Shown here in pieces: positions 37,553 through 48,099 of a DNA stretch of 64,000 bases. Location of the stretch: NCBI GenBank assembly GCA_016217595.1, contig JACRHS010000016.1, positions 1 to 64,000 of the forward strand, written 5' to 3'. The notes beneath the pieces are model-generated. The model did not search any database. It was not told where the DNA came from and was given only the letters and a program-made list of their open reading frames with translations. The DNA comes from Opitutia bacterium (GTDB lineage: Bacteria; Verrucomicrobiota; Verrucomicrobiia; Opitutales; Opitutaceae). Position 1 is the stretch's first letter; each line of letters starts with the position of its first letter. The position numbers were made by a program, and so were the translations under genes.

Positions 37553-37693
37553 GGCGGAGGGCTTTCCGGATAGCATGCACCGATTGGGCGCGAAGGAAAG
37601 CGCGCGGGCGCAATCCTTTCGGCGGTGTGCGGGCATCTGCGCCGGCGGTTTTTCTCTGGCGGCGCGCGGGGATGCAGCTAGCTTGCGCGCCAT

Positions 37694-39517
37694 ATGCGCA
37701 ACTTTCTTTCGGCGATGTTCGGTTCGTTGGCCGCGCTTGTGATTTTCGGCGTCGTGCTCGCGGCGTGCGGGCTGATGGCGGTTGGTGTGATCGTGGCCCT
37801 CGGACAGAAACATGCCGTGCCGGTGGAAAGCGGTTCGTATCTGGTGTTCGATTTGGAAACGAACATCACTGACGCCCCCGCCGCGATGGAGCTGGGGGAG
37901 GTGATGGGTCGGCGGCCGGAGTCGTTGCAATTGCGCACCGTGACGCGTGCGTTGCGCGCGGCGGCGCATGACGAGAAGGTCGCCGGCGTGCTGCTGGTCG
38001 GGTCGTTGAACCCCGCCGGTTTCGGCACCGGCTACGCTGCGCTCAAAGAAGTGCGCGCGGCGCTGCAGGAGATACGCACTGCTGGCAAACCGGTGCATGC
38101 CTACCTGACCTCAGTCTCGACGCGCGATTACTACCTCGCGTCCATGGCCAGTGATGTGGCGATCGATCCTTACGGTATGATTATGATGCCGGGGCTCGCC
38201 TCGCAGCCGGTGTTCTACAGCGGCGCTTTTGAGAAATTCGGCATCGGGGTGCAGGTGACGCGCATGGGGAAATACAAGTCCGCCATCGAGCCGTTTACCC
38301 GGCGCGACTTGAGCCCGGAAAATCGCGAACAACTGACCAAGCTGCTCGGCGATCTCTGGTCCGATCTACTCGGCGAGATGGCCGCAAGCCGCAATCTCAA
38401 GCCTGTCGCGTTGCAGGCGGTGATCGATGCCGAGGGGTTCATCCGCCCCGAGGCGGCCAAGAGCGCCAAGCTCGTCGACCGCATCATCTATCGCGATCAG
38501 ATCGTCGATGAGTTGAAGGCCAAGACGGGGCGGAAGGATAGCAAAGAGCCTTTCAAGCAGATCGCGTTAAACGACTATGCGAAGGTCGCGCGCGATCCCG
38601 GTTTGCTCCCCGAAAAAACCGGCGAAGCCACCGTGGAAAAAGCCAAGGACGGGCATATCGCCGTCGTCTACGCGGAAGGGGAGATCGTCGATGGCGAGGG
38701 CGAATACGGCTATATTGGCGGCACCAAGTTTGCCCGTGAGTTGCGCCGGTTGCGGCAGGACGACGACGTGAAAGCCATCGTGCTGCGCGTCAACAGCCCC
38801 GGCGGCAGTGCCTCGGCCTCCGAGGCCATACAGCGGGAAATCCGCCTCGCGCGCGCGAAGAAACCGGTGGTTGTCTCGATGGGCGCTTACGCCGCTTCCG
38901 GCGGTTACTGGATCGCGGCCTATGGCGACCGGATTTTCGCCGAGCCCAGCACCATCACCGGATCGATCGGAGTCTTTGGACTTTTCTTCGACATCCAGAA
39001 ACTCGCCAATGGGCTTGGGTTTACTTTCGACAGTGTGAAGACGGGAAAATTTGCCGACACTCTGACCATCGCCCGTCCGAAGACTGAGCAGGAGCTCGCG
39101 GTGTTTCAGCGCTTGGTCGATTGGGTCTACGAAGAGTTCCTCGGCAAAGTGGCCGAGGCGCGCAAACTTGACCGCAAGGTGGTCGAGGAAATCGGTCAGG
39201 GCCGCGTGTGGTCTGGCGCCGCCGCCGTGAAATTGGGTCTGGTCGACGAACTCGGCGGACTCGATTCAGCGATACGCTGGGCCGCACGGAAAGCGGCGTT
39301 GGGCACGCACCCGACAGTGACGGAATATCCGCAGAAAAAGGAATGGTTGGAGTCCATCACGGAGATGCTCGACCGCGTGCATCCGGTGGGCGCGAAAGAG
39401 CGCAGCCTGGTCGATCAGATCGCGAAACGGGTGGAAGCCGAGTTACGCTCATTGCGGGCCTTCAACGATCCGCACGGCGTCTACGTGCGTTTGCCGGTGG
39501 AAATTTTCGTTCCGTAA
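37694..39517 (+). CDS. sppA: signal peptide peptidase SppA, 67K type (protease IV)
   Basis: N-terminal TM. Two ClpP/crotonase-like repeats. Catalytic Ser motif in VLRVNSPGGSASASE...MGAYAASGGYWIA. 607 aa. Confidence 0.85.
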   Translation: MRNFLSAMFGSLAALVIFGVVLAACGLMAVGVIVALGQKHAVPVESGSYLVFDLETNITDAPAAMELGEVMGRRPESLQLRTVTRALRAAAHDEKVAGVLLVGSLNPAGFGTGYAALKEVRAALQEIRTAGKPVHAYLTSVSTRDYYLASMASDVAIDPYGMIMMPGLASQPVFYSGAFEKFGIGVQVTRMGKYKSAIEPFTRRDLSPENREQLTKLLGDLWSDLLGEMAASRNLKPVALQAVIDAEGFIRPEAAKSAKLVDRIIYRDQIVDELKAKTGRKDSKEPFKQIALNDYAKVARDPGLLPEKTGEATVEKAKDGHIAVVYAEGEIVDGEGEYGYIGGTKFARELRRLRQDDDVKAIVLRVNSPGGSASASEAIQREIRLARAKKPVVVSMGAYAASGGYWIAAYGDRIFAEPSTITGSIGVFGLFFDIQKLANGLGFTFDSVKTGKFADTLTIARPKTEQELAVFQRLVDWVYEEFLGKVAEARKLDRKVVEEIGQGRVWSGAAAVKLGLVDELGGLDSAIRWAARKAALGTHPTVTEYPQKKEWLESITEMLDRVHPVGAKERSLVDQIAKRVEAELRSLRAFNDPHGVYVRLPVEIFVP

Positions 39518-39535
39518 CCAACCGCGACCTCACTC

Positions 39536-40066
39536 ATGGCCTCTTATTCCTTGGTGCGCGAAATCCCGGCGGTGGCCATCCCGTCGGGCACGGCTGATGT
39601 TCTGCCCGCGGGGCTGAGCGTCAGTATTGTGCAGGATTTTGGCGGGCAGATGACGGTGCGTACGGACCGCGGGCTATTTCGCATCGAGCGGGCGCAGGCG
39701 GATGCTTTGGGCGGGTTTCAGCCGAAAGAGGACCCGATGGCACCGGTGGGCGAGTTTAGCGAATCGGCGGTGTGGGCGGCACTGCGGACCTGTTTCGATC
39801 CGGAGATACCAGTCAATATCGTCGATCTTGGTTTGGTTTACGATCTCAGCATTGAAAAGACTGCCGACCACGCTCACGCGGTGGCGGTGAAAATGACGCT
39901 CACGGCCCCCGGCTGCGGCATGGGGCCGGTGATTGCCGAGGATGTGCGCCGGTGTGTGGCCCGTCTGCCGGCAGTGGCATCGGTGCAGGTGCACATCGTC
40001 TGGGATCCCGTGTGGACGCCGCAGATGATTTCCGATGAGGGACGCAAGATTCTTGGATTGGAGTAA
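39536..40066 (+). CDS. Fe-S assembly protein, SufT-like (DUF59/MIP18 family)
   Basis: C-terminal DUF59 (FDPEIPVNIVDLGLVY...VKMTLTAPGCGMGPVIAEDV...VQVHIVWDPVWTPQMISDEGRKILGL) with the N-terminal extension typical of SufT. Confidence 0.7.
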   Translation: MASYSLVREIPAVAIPSGTADVLPAGLSVSIVQDFGGQMTVRTDRGLFRIERAQADALGGFQPKEDPMAPVGEFSESAVWAALRTCFDPEIPVNIVDLGLVYDLSIEKTADHAHAVAVKMTLTAPGCGMGPVIAEDVRRCVARLPAVASVQVHIVWDPVWTPQMISDEGRKILGLE

Positions 40067-40128
40067 GCTGCGGCGATATCGCCTTGCATCGTTGCAGAAG
40101 CGTGCGGATGCGGCTAGTTTTGGCCGAC

Positions 40129-40812
40129 ATGAAAGCACCGCTCCCCGCCAACGAGGAAGAACGACTGCGTGTTTTAGCCGCCTTCCGACAGCTCGACTCG
40201 GCGGCAGAAAAAGATTTCGACGACATCGTCCAACTGGCGGCGGCGATCTGCGATGTGCCCATCGCGTTGGTGTCTCTCGTCGACCGGGATCGGCAGTGGT
40301 TCAAAGCCAAGATCGGGCTCAACGTCTGCGAGACCTCGCGAGATGATGCCTTTTGTGCGCACGCGATCTTGCAGACGGAGCCGCTGGTGGTGCGCGACGC
40401 CACGCAAGATCCGCGCTTTGCCGATAGTTCGCTCGTGCAGGGCGAGCCTCATTTGCGGTTTTATGCCGGAGTGCCGCTGTTGGCCGAGAGCGGGGAGGCG
40501 CTGGGCACCTTATGCATCAATGATCGCCGGCCCCGCGAACTCACGGAGATGCAGTTGCAGGCATTGCGGACCCTGGCGCGGCAGGTGACCGTGCTTTTCG
40601 AGCTGCGCAAAGTCGCCGCCGATCTTGCCCGGGCGCTGGCCAATGTCCGCACGCTCGCCGGCTTTTTGCCCATTTGCGCTTACTGCAAAAAAGTCCGGGA
40701 CGACGCCGGCTACTGGTCGCAGGTGGAAACTTTCATGCGCCAACGGACCGATCTACAGTTTTCCCACAGCATTTGCCCGTCCTGCGTGCAGGTGCATTTC
40801 CCCGATCTGTAG
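40129..40812 (+). CDS. GAF-domain protein with C-terminal Cys-rich (CxxC...CxxC) tail
   Basis: GAF core (...YAGVPLLAESGEALGTLCINDRRPRELTE...) then PICAYCKKVRDDAGYWSQVETF...HSICPSC. ATG at 40129. Confidence 0.65.
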   Translation: MKAPLPANEEERLRVLAAFRQLDSAAEKDFDDIVQLAAAICDVPIALVSLVDRDRQWFKAKIGLNVCETSRDDAFCAHAILQTEPLVVRDATQDPRFADSSLVQGEPHLRFYAGVPLLAESGEALGTLCINDRRPRELTEMQLQALRTLARQVTVLFELRKVAADLARALANVRTLAGFLPICAYCKKVRDDAGYWSQVETFMRQRTDLQFSHSICPSCVQVHFPDL

Positions 40813-40869
40813 CCGGCAAAAGGGCTCGCCAAGTGCTGGGAGAGGACGCGAGGCTTTTCGCCCCTCCCC

Positions 40870-42225
40870 ATGAATCGACGCGATTTTCTCAAAACCTCCG
40901 CGGTTGCGGCCGCCGGTTTCACGCTGCCTTCACTGGTGTCTTGCTCGGCGCCCAGCCGGGTGAAACGCCCCGCGCCCTCCCAGCGGATCAATCTGGGCTT
41001 GGTCGGTTATGGCACGATTGCGCATTCGACCACGCCAAATTTTCTCGGCGATCCGCGCGTGCAAATTGTGGCGGTGGCCGACCCGGTTTCCGATCTGCCG
41101 AATTATGGTTACAAGGGCGAATTGCGCGGCGGACGGCTGGTCGCCCAGCAGAAGGTCGAGGCCTACTATGCGCAGCAGGCGCCGGGCGGCAGTTACAAGG
41201 GCTGTCGGGTGTACGAGGATTTCCGCGAGATGCTCGCGCGGGAGGATGTCGATGCGATCGTCGTCTCCACGCCGGATCACTGGCATTGCGCGGTCGCACT
41301 GCATGCCGCGCGACTGGGCAAACACATTTACGGGCAGAAGCCGCTTTCGTTGACGATTGCCGAGGGGCGGCGGATGGCTGACGCCGTGCGCAAATATGGC
41401 GTCACGTTCCAAGCCGGCAGTCAGCAGCGCAGCACGGCCTATTTCCGTATGGCCTGCGAGTACGTGCGCAATGGCCGGCTCGGTCGTCTGCGCAGCATCA
41501 AGGTCGGTCTGCCCGGCGGTCATACCAATTGGTCGGGCCTGGCGCAGCGCACTCAAACGGAAGCTCCGCCCAAGGAGCTCAACTACGATCTGTGGCTGGG
41601 ACCCGCGCCGGAGCGGCCGTATTGTCCGGCGCTGGCGCAGCTCAACTGGCGCCACAATTGGGACTACTCCGGCGGCATGATCACCGATTGGGGCGCCCAT
41701 CACCTCGACATCGTGCAATGGGCGCTGGGCATGGACCAGAGCGGCCCGCAGGGCGTGGAAATCATCGACGTGAAACTGCCGCCGCAAAACGAGCTCTACA
41801 ACACACCGACCGATTACGTGTTTGACGTGGTCTATGCCGATGGTTTGCGCGTCAATGTGTCGAACAATCATCCCAACGGCATTCTCTTCGAAGGCGAAGA
41901 CAACCGGTCGATCTTCGTTAATCGCAACAAACTCGAGTTCTCGCCCGAGGAGCTGCGCAAAAACAAAATTCAAGACGGCGAAATCCGTCTCTACGAGAGC
42001 CGCCAGCACGAGAAAAACTTCATCGAGCACATCTACGACGGGCAGCCGACGGCTGCGCCGGTTGAGGTGGCGCATCGCTCGATCACCGTGGCGCAACTGG
42101 CCAATATCGCGATCCGCACGGGGCACACCAAATTGCGTTGGGACCCGGTGACGGAGCGGATTCAGGGCGATGCGCAGGCGAGCGCGTTGCTCAAGCGTCC
42201 GATGCGTCGCCCCTACGCGATCTGA
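40870..42225 (+). CDS. Gfo/Idh/MocA-family oxidoreductase with Tat signal
   Basis: MNRRDFLKTSAVAAAGF twin-Arg signal. Rossmann LGLVGYGTIA. Conserved EKP-type motif region (GKHIYGQKPLS). Confidence 0.85.
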   Translation: MNRRDFLKTSAVAAAGFTLPSLVSCSAPSRVKRPAPSQRINLGLVGYGTIAHSTTPNFLGDPRVQIVAVADPVSDLPNYGYKGELRGGRLVAQQKVEAYYAQQAPGGSYKGCRVYEDFREMLAREDVDAIVVSTPDHWHCAVALHAARLGKHIYGQKPLSLTIAEGRRMADAVRKYGVTFQAGSQQRSTAYFRMACEYVRNGRLGRLRSIKVGLPGGHTNWSGLAQRTQTEAPPKELNYDLWLGPAPERPYCPALAQLNWRHNWDYSGGMITDWGAHHLDIVQWALGMDQSGPQGVEIIDVKLPPQNELYNTPTDYVFDVVYADGLRVNVSNNHPNGILFEGEDNRSIFVNRNKLEFSPEELRKNKIQDGEIRLYESRQHEKNFIEHIYDGQPTAAPVEVAHRSITVAQLANIAIRTGHTKLRWDPVTERIQGDAQASALLKRPMRRPYAI

Positions 42226-42273
42226 CCGCGGCTGCTAACCGGGGCGCGACGATTCTACGCTGGCCCCGTGTGC

Positions 42274-44124
42274 TCACTCGACCGTGACCGATTTCGCCAG
42301 GTTGCGCGGCTTGTCGACATCGCAATGCCGCGCGACAGCGATGTAGTAGCTCAGCAGTTGCACCGGCACCGTGGCGATGATCGGCAGGATGGCCTCGTGG
42401 CAATCGGGAATGGGAATCACCTCGTCGGCCAGACCGTCGGGCAGCTCGCAACCTTCGGTCACGATGGCGATGATTTTGCCTTTGCGGGCTTTGATCTCCT
42501 GCATCGAGGAGACGATTTTGTTGAAGAGTTCGCCTTTGGGCACGAAGAACACCGACGGGCATTGCTCGTTCACGAGGGCGATGGGGCCGTGCTTCATCTC
42601 GGCGGCGGGGTAGCCTTCCGCGTGGATGTAGGAAATCTCCTTCAACTTGAGCGCGCCTTCGAGCGCGATGGGAAACAGCGAGAGGCGGCCGAGGAAAAGA
42701 CAGTCGTGATACTGCGCGTAGCGCTGCGCGATCTCCTTGATGTGCGGCGCCTGCTCCAGCGTTTTGCGCACCAGCTCCGGCGCGGCCTTCAAGCCCTGCA
42801 CGTAATTCACGCCGTCGCTGAAACTCATGTCGCGCAACCGGGCGACGTAGAGCGCGAAGAGCGCCGAGATCAGCAGTTGCGAAGTGAACGCCTTGGTCGA
42901 GGCGACGCCGATTTCCGGTCCGGCGTGCTGGTAGATGCCGCCATCGGCTTCGCGGGCGATGCTGGAGCCGACGACATTGCAAATCGCCATCACTTTATAG
43001 CCTTTGCGCTTCGCTTCGCGCATGGCGGCGAGCGTGTCGATCGTTTCGCCCGACTGGCTGATAAAGAAAAACAGCGCGTCGCGATCGAGCGGGGCGTTGC
43101 GGTAGCGGAACTCCGAGGCGTAATCGACCTCCACCGGCACGCGGGCGAATCGCTCGATCAAGTGCTCGGCCACGAGGCAGGCGTGCCACGCGGTGCCGCA
43201 GGAGCAGAAAACGAAGCGGTCGATCTGCCGGAAATCCGTCGCCGCGAGATTGAGGCCGCCAAAGTTGGCCGTGCTGCCGTCGGCCGAGAAGCGGCCGCGC
43301 ATGGCGTTTTCGAGCGCCGCGGGTTGCTCGAAAATCTCTTTCTCCATGAAATGCGCGAAGCCGTTGAGCTCGGCGTCCGCGATCGACCAGGTGATCCGAT
43401 CCACCACGGGCGGGACGTCGGCCTGGTCCAGTGTGGTGATGGCGAACGTCTCCGGAGTGACGTGCACGAGTTCGCCGTCCTTCAGATAAACGACGTTGCG
43501 GGTGTGGCTGATGAGGGCCGAGGCATCGCTCGCGAGGAGATATTCGCCGTCGCCAACACCGAGCAGAAGTGGCGAGCCCTTGCGCGCGGCGACGATCTCG
43601 TTGGGGCGGTCGACGCACATGACCGCGATGCCGTAGGTGCCCTCGATGTGCAGAAGCGTCTTGCGCACGCTTTCAAGGAAGCGGCTCTGCGCATTGGACT
43701 CCGGCTCCTTCGCATAATGGTAAGCGATCAGGTTGCACAGCACCTCGGTGTCGGTCTCCGAGCGGAAGGTGTAATCTTTGCCCTGGAGGAAATGTTTGAT
43801 CGCGGCGAAATTCTCGATGACGCCGTTGTGGACGAGCACGAGTTTGCCGTCGCTGCTGAGGTGGGGGTGGGCGTTGGCCTCGGTGACGCCGCCGTGCGTC
43901 GCCCAGCGGGTGTGGCTGATGCCGGCGGTGCCGGTGTAATGAAGTTTGGCGGTCTCCTTAACGAGTTGCTCCACCCGGCCGGTCTTGCGCGAGATGCAGA
44001 GCTTTCCGTCCTGCTGAATGGCCAGCCCGGCGGAATCATAGCCGCGATACTCGAGGCGTTTCAGCCCTTCGAGCAGGATGGAAACTGCTTTTTGTTTACC
44101 GATGTAGCCGACGATGCCGCACAT
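42274..44124 (-). CDS. glmS: glutamine--fructose-6-phosphate aminotransferase
   Basis: MCGIVGYIG N-terminal nucleophile Cys. Two SIS domains. 616 aa. Confidence 0.92.
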   Translation of the reverse strand: MCGIVGYIGKQKAVSILLEGLKRLEYRGYDSAGLAIQQDGKLCISRKTGRVEQLVKETAKLHYTGTAGISHTRWATHGGVTEANAHPHLSSDGKLVLVHNGVIENFAAIKHFLQGKDYTFRSETDTEVLCNLIAYHYAKEPESNAQSRFLESVRKTLLHIEGTYGIAVMCVDRPNEIVAARKGSPLLLGVGDGEYLLASDASALISHTRNVVYLKDGELVHVTPETFAITTLDQADVPPVVDRITWSIADAELNGFAHFMEKEIFEQPAALENAMRGRFSADGSTANFGGLNLAATDFRQIDRFVFCSCGTAWHACLVAEHLIERFARVPVEVDYASEFRYRNAPLDRDALFFFISQSGETIDTLAAMREAKRKGYKVMAICNVVGSSIAREADGGIYQHAGPEIGVASTKAFTSQLLISALFALYVARLRDMSFSDGVNYVQGLKAAPELVRKTLEQAPHIKEIAQRYAQYHDCLFLGRLSLFPIALEGALKLKEISYIHAEGYPAAEMKHGPIALVNEQCPSVFFVPKGELFNKIVSSMQEIKARKGKIIAIVTEGCELPDGLADEVIPIPDCHEAILPIIATVPVQLLSYYIAVARHCDVDKPRNLAKSVTVE

Positions 44125-44197
44125 GTTTTGTTGTTACTATTTTCTGGCGAAATTACGGGTGAGGATAAAATCTGGGCGAGGAATCAGGAGAACTATC

Positions 44198-45484
44198 ATG
44201 CGGAACGATAAAAGTGTGTTGTCTGTAATTATGGGCGGTGGTCGTGGCACCCGCCTGTACCCGCTCACCATGGAGCGATGCAAGCCGGCGGTGCCGCTGG
44301 CAGGCAAGTTCCGTCTGGTGGATATCCCGATCAGCAACTGCATCAACTCCGGGTTCAATCGAATTTTTCTGCTGACGCAGTTCCACACGGCCTCGCTGCA
44401 CCGCCACATCCAGAGCACGTATCACTTCGATTCCTTCGGCGGCGGCTTTGTCGACATCCTCTCGGCCGAGCAGACGGAGAAAACGTCCGACTGGTACCAG
44501 GGCACGGCCGATGCCGTGCGGCGCAATCTCGTTCATTTCCGCACATTCCCGCACGACTTGGTGCTGATCCTCTCGGGCGATCAGCTCTACAAGATGGATT
44601 TTCACAAGGTGGTGGAGCGTCACATCGCCGCCAAGGCCGATGTCACCATCGCCGCGATTCCGTTCCCGGTTTCCAAGGTGGAAGGGCTCGGCTTGATGCG
44701 CGTGAACGACGACCTCTCGATCGCGCAATTTGTCGAGAAGCCCAAGGACCCTGCGGTGATCCAGAGCTTCACGCTGAGCGATGCGTTGGAGACGACCTTG
44801 TCGCCGTCGACCGAGAAACGGTGCCTCGCCTCGATGGGTATCTATGTTTTCAACCGCGCCGTGTTGGCCGAGGCGCTGGAGAACTCGATGAAGGATTTCG
44901 GGCGCGAAGTCATCCCGAGCCTGCTTAATAAGAAGCGCCTTTTTGCCCACATCTTCGAGGGGTACTGGGAAGACATCGGTACCGTCCGCGCGTTCTTCGA
45001 GGCGAATCTGGCGCTCACGCAGCCGCTGCCGCAGTTCAATTTCTACGATCCGTTGAGCAAGATCTACACGCACGGCCGGCACCTGCCGGCGACGAAGATC
45101 AATCGCTGCGATATTGACCACGCCTTGATTGGCGAAGGCTCTATCATCACCGAAGCTTCGCTGCGCCGCTGCATCGTCGGAATTCGTTCTTACCTGGGCG
45201 AGCAATCGCGCTTGGAGGAAGTCGTGATGATGGGCGCGGACTATTACGAGTCAGAGGAGACGCAGCGCGCCAATGTCGCGCGGGGCATTCCCCAAATCGG
45301 CGTGGCCCGCGGCTGTCGCATTCGGCGGGCGATCATCGACAAGAATGCCCGCATCGGTGAGGGCTGTGTGTTGTCTCCCGACGGCAAACCCGATGGCGCC
45401 TATGCCGGGGGCGCGGTGATCATCCGCGACGGCATTTTGGTGGTGCCGAAGAGTGGCATCATCCCGGCCGGCACGGTGGTCTGA
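44198..45484 (+). CDS. glgC: glucose-1-phosphate adenylyltransferase
   Basis: LSVIMGGGRGTRLYPLT...KPAVPLAGKFRLVDIPISNCINSG; ADP-glucose pyrophosphorylase signature and left-handed beta-helix C-terminus. ATG at 44198. Confidence 0.9.
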   Translation: MRNDKSVLSVIMGGGRGTRLYPLTMERCKPAVPLAGKFRLVDIPISNCINSGFNRIFLLTQFHTASLHRHIQSTYHFDSFGGGFVDILSAEQTEKTSDWYQGTADAVRRNLVHFRTFPHDLVLILSGDQLYKMDFHKVVERHIAAKADVTIAAIPFPVSKVEGLGLMRVNDDLSIAQFVEKPKDPAVIQSFTLSDALETTLSPSTEKRCLASMGIYVFNRAVLAEALENSMKDFGREVIPSLLNKKRLFAHIFEGYWEDIGTVRAFFEANLALTQPLPQFNFYDPLSKIYTHGRHLPATKINRCDIDHALIGEGSIITEASLRRCIVGIRSYLGEQSRLEEVVMMGADYYESEETQRANVARGIPQIGVARGCRIRRAIIDKNARIGEGCVLSPDGKPDGAYAGGAVIIRDGILVVPKSGIIPAGTVV

Positions 45485-46321
45485 TCAACTGCGGCCGGTG
45501 TTCATCGCCGGCCGCCGATAGATCAACCAGAGCCCGACCGCGGCGAAAAATAACGAATAAAACGTCCCGCGGCTGAGCCCTAGAATCAGCGAAGCGTCGG
45601 GTTCGCGGAATACTTCGCTGATCGAGCGCATGACGGCGTACGCGAGGAGAAATTCCCCGCTCAAGCGGCCGGGCCGCGTTGCGACCACCTCGGTGCGCCA
45701 GAAGCGCCATTGCATGAAAGCGAGCAGCAATGCGCCTTCGAGCGCCGCCGCGTAAAGTTGCGAGGGGTGTCGCGGCTGGATCAGGTGCACCGAGGCGTAG
45801 GGTGGGGCGCTGTGCGGGAAAATCACCGCCCAGGGCACGTCGGTGATCTTTCCCCAGAGCTCGCCGTTGATGAAATTGGCGATTCTGCCGAAGCACAGCC
45901 CCGCCGGCGCGGTGGAGGCGATAAGATCGCCGAGATGGAGAAACGGAATGCGGCGCGCGCGCGCAAACCACACCAAGGCGATGGCCACGCCGATGAAGCC
46001 GCCGTGACTCGCCATGCCGCCCTCCCACACACGCAGAAGCGCGAGCGGATCGGCGAAGAAAGTCCGCCAGCCATCATACAGTAAATACGATCCCAGCCGT
46101 CCGCCGATCAGCACGCCGAGCACAATGGCGGTGATCAAATCGGCGACGCCGGCTTCTGGGAGTTGCGAGCGCCCCGCGCGCGCGTAGCGCACGAGCAGCC
46201 AGGCCGCGACGACGAAGCCCAGCACATACGCGAGTCCATAGTAGCGAATGCCAAAGTTGCCCCAGTGCGGTCCGAGGAACGGGCTCAGGTTGTGCACCCA
46301 ATAGGCGAGCGGGAAAGACAT
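45485..46321 (-). CDS. lgt: prolipoprotein diacylglyceryl transferase
   Basis: Multi-TM protein of 278 aa with the Lgt signature region (HGGFIGVAIA...GRIANFINGELWGK). Confidence 0.85.
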   Translation of the reverse strand: MSFPLAYWVHNLSPFLGPHWGNFGIRYYGLAYVLGFVVAAWLLVRYARAGRSQLPEAGVADLITAIVLGVLIGGRLGSYLLYDGWRTFFADPLALLRVWEGGMASHGGFIGVAIALVWFARARRIPFLHLGDLIASTAPAGLCFGRIANFINGELWGKITDVPWAVIFPHSAPPYASVHLIQPRHPSQLYAAALEGALLLAFMQWRFWRTEVVATRPGRLSGEFLLAYAVMRSISEVFREPDASLILGLSRGTFYSLFFAAVGLWLIYRRPAMNTGRS

Positions 46322-46468
46322 GGTGAAAAGCGAGGCGGCGAAAACGATGGCGCGCGATCTCGGGCGTCAGTTTACGCGTCCGGCCGGATTTACGAACCGA
46401 AAGTGTACGGTGATCCATTGCAAATTCGTCCTTGCTGCGTCCCCGGCTCTGTTCTCTAGGTAGGATGT

Positions 46469-47575
46469 ATGAGTGAATTGCAACGCACCCCGCTCCGTGA
46501 TTTTCATGCCGCGCATGGCGGCCGCCTGGTTGACTTTGCCGGCTGGGAAATGCCGGTTCAGTACCGCTCGATCTTGGAGGAACACAAGACGGTGCGTCGC
46601 GCCGCGGGTTTGTTCGACGTCAGCCACATGGGTGAGGTCGATGTGCGCGGGCCGGGCGCTCTGGCCTATTTGCAGCGGCTGGTCACCAACGATGTCGCCA
46701 AACTTTTCCCGGGACGCGTGCTCTATTCGCCGATGTGTTATCCGTCCGGCGGCACTGTCGATGACCTGTTGGTTTATATGCGGGGACCGGCCGACTATTT
46801 CCTCTGCATAAATGCCGGTAACATCGCCAAGGATCTGGCCTGGATGCGCGAGCAATCCGCCGGGTTCGATGTCACCCTCACCGACCGCTCGGCGGATTAC
46901 GCGCTGGTGGCGGTGCAGGGCCCGAAGGCTGCGACCATCGTGCAGGGGCTGACGCCGGTGCCGCTCGGCGGCGTGAAGTATTATCATTTTGTCGAAGGAC
47001 CGGTGTGTGGCGTGCCCTGCCTGATCAGCCGGACTGGCTACACGGGTGAGGACGGTTTTGAGCTCTATCATCCGGTGGCGGCGGCCCGGCAGATTGCCGA
47101 CGCGTTACTCGCCGCCGGCGTTCCGCACGGACTCGAACTCGCCGGTTTGGGCGCGCGCGACAGTCTGCGCTTGGAAGCCGGTTATCCGTTGTATGGCCAC
47201 GAACTCTCGGCGGAGATCTCGCCGTTGACCGCCGGTCTCGCTTGGACGGTCAAGCTCGACAAGGGCGCGGATTTCGTCGGGCGGGCGGCGTTGTTGGAGG
47301 AAAAACAGCGCGGAGCGGCCTCGGCGGTCGTGTTTTTCAAGACGGGTGATCGCCGCATCGTGCGCGCGGAGACTCCGATCATGGATTCTGCCGGTGCGCC
47401 CGTCGGACGGGTGTTGTCGGGCACGTTGTCGCCGTTGCTCAACGAAGCCATCGGGTCGGCCCTGGTCGCGACGGCGGCGTTGGCCTCTCCTCTGGCGGTC
47501 GATATTCGCGGAACAAAACTCAATTTGCATCTGGTCAAACCGCCCTTCGTCGAACTAAAGAGAGCAACATCATGA
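46469..47575 (+). CDS. gcvT: glycine cleavage system aminomethyltransferase T protein
   Basis: [26 protein letters not shown]...FDVSHMGE canonical GcvT N-terminus. 368 aa. Confidence 0.9.
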   Translation: MSELQRTPLRDFHAAHGGRLVDFAGWEMPVQYRSILEEHKTVRRAAGLFDVSHMGEVDVRGPGALAYLQRLVTNDVAKLFPGRVLYSPMCYPSGGTVDDLLVYMRGPADYFLCINAGNIAKDLAWMREQSAGFDVTLTDRSADYALVAVQGPKAATIVQGLTPVPLGGVKYYHFVEGPVCGVPCLISRTGYTGEDGFELYHPVAAARQIADALLAAGVPHGLELAGLGARDSLRLEAGYPLYGHELSAEISPLTAGLAWTVKLDKGADFVGRAALLEEKQRGAASAVVFFKTGDRRIVRAETPIMDSAGAPVGRVLSGTLSPLLNEAIGSALVATAALASPLAVDIRGTKLNLHLVKPPFVELKRATS

Positions 47576-47955
47576 GCAGCGTCCCATCCGACCTCCGTTA
47601 CGCGAAATCCCACGAGTGGCTGAAGCTGGAAAGCGACGGCACCGCCCTGATCGGAATCACCGATTACGCGCAAAATTCTCTCGGCGACATTACCTTTGTG
47701 CAGTTGCCGAAGGTCGGCACGCTGCTCAAGGCGGGTGATTCATTCGGCGTGGTGGAGTCGGTCAAAGCCGCCTCCGATGTCTACGCCCCCATCGCCGGTA
47801 CGGTGGTTGCGGTCAACGAAACGCTGGCGCAAACGCCGGAATTGGTGAACCGCGATCCCTATGCCGCCGGCTGGATGTTGCGGCTGAAGCCGGCCAATGC
47901 TGCCGATGCCGCCGCCTTGCTCGATGCTGCCGCCTACCAGCAGGTAGCGAGCTAA
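47572..47955 (+). CDS. gcvH: glycine cleavage system H protein
   Basis: Lipoyl-Lys motif [12 protein letters not shown]. 127 aa. ATGA overlap with gcvT. Confidence 0.9.
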   Translation: MSSVPSDLRYAKSHEWLKLESDGTALIGITDYAQNSLGDITFVQLPKVGTLLKAGDSFGVVESVKAASDVYAPIAGTVVAVNETLAQTPELVNRDPYAAGWMLRLKPANAADAAALLDAAAYQQVAS

Positions 47956-48099
47956 GCGCCAGCCTGCACGGGCGCATTCGCGCCAGCCGCGACCCCAAGC
48001 GCACCGGTCGACCCTTCCGCCTCCGCCAATCTCAACTGCGGGACCCGAAAAAACTTGGGAACAATTCAGAAATACACCCATCAGAGCGAAGTTGAACGC

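Noticed and set aside
46322-46468. Glycine riboswitch upstream of gcvT
   Set aside because: Looked for the GGAGAG...ACCGAAGGGGCAA...CTCTGG aptamer core on the gcvT strand. Only a weak ACCGAAAG fragment is present, with no convincing P1/P3 helices.
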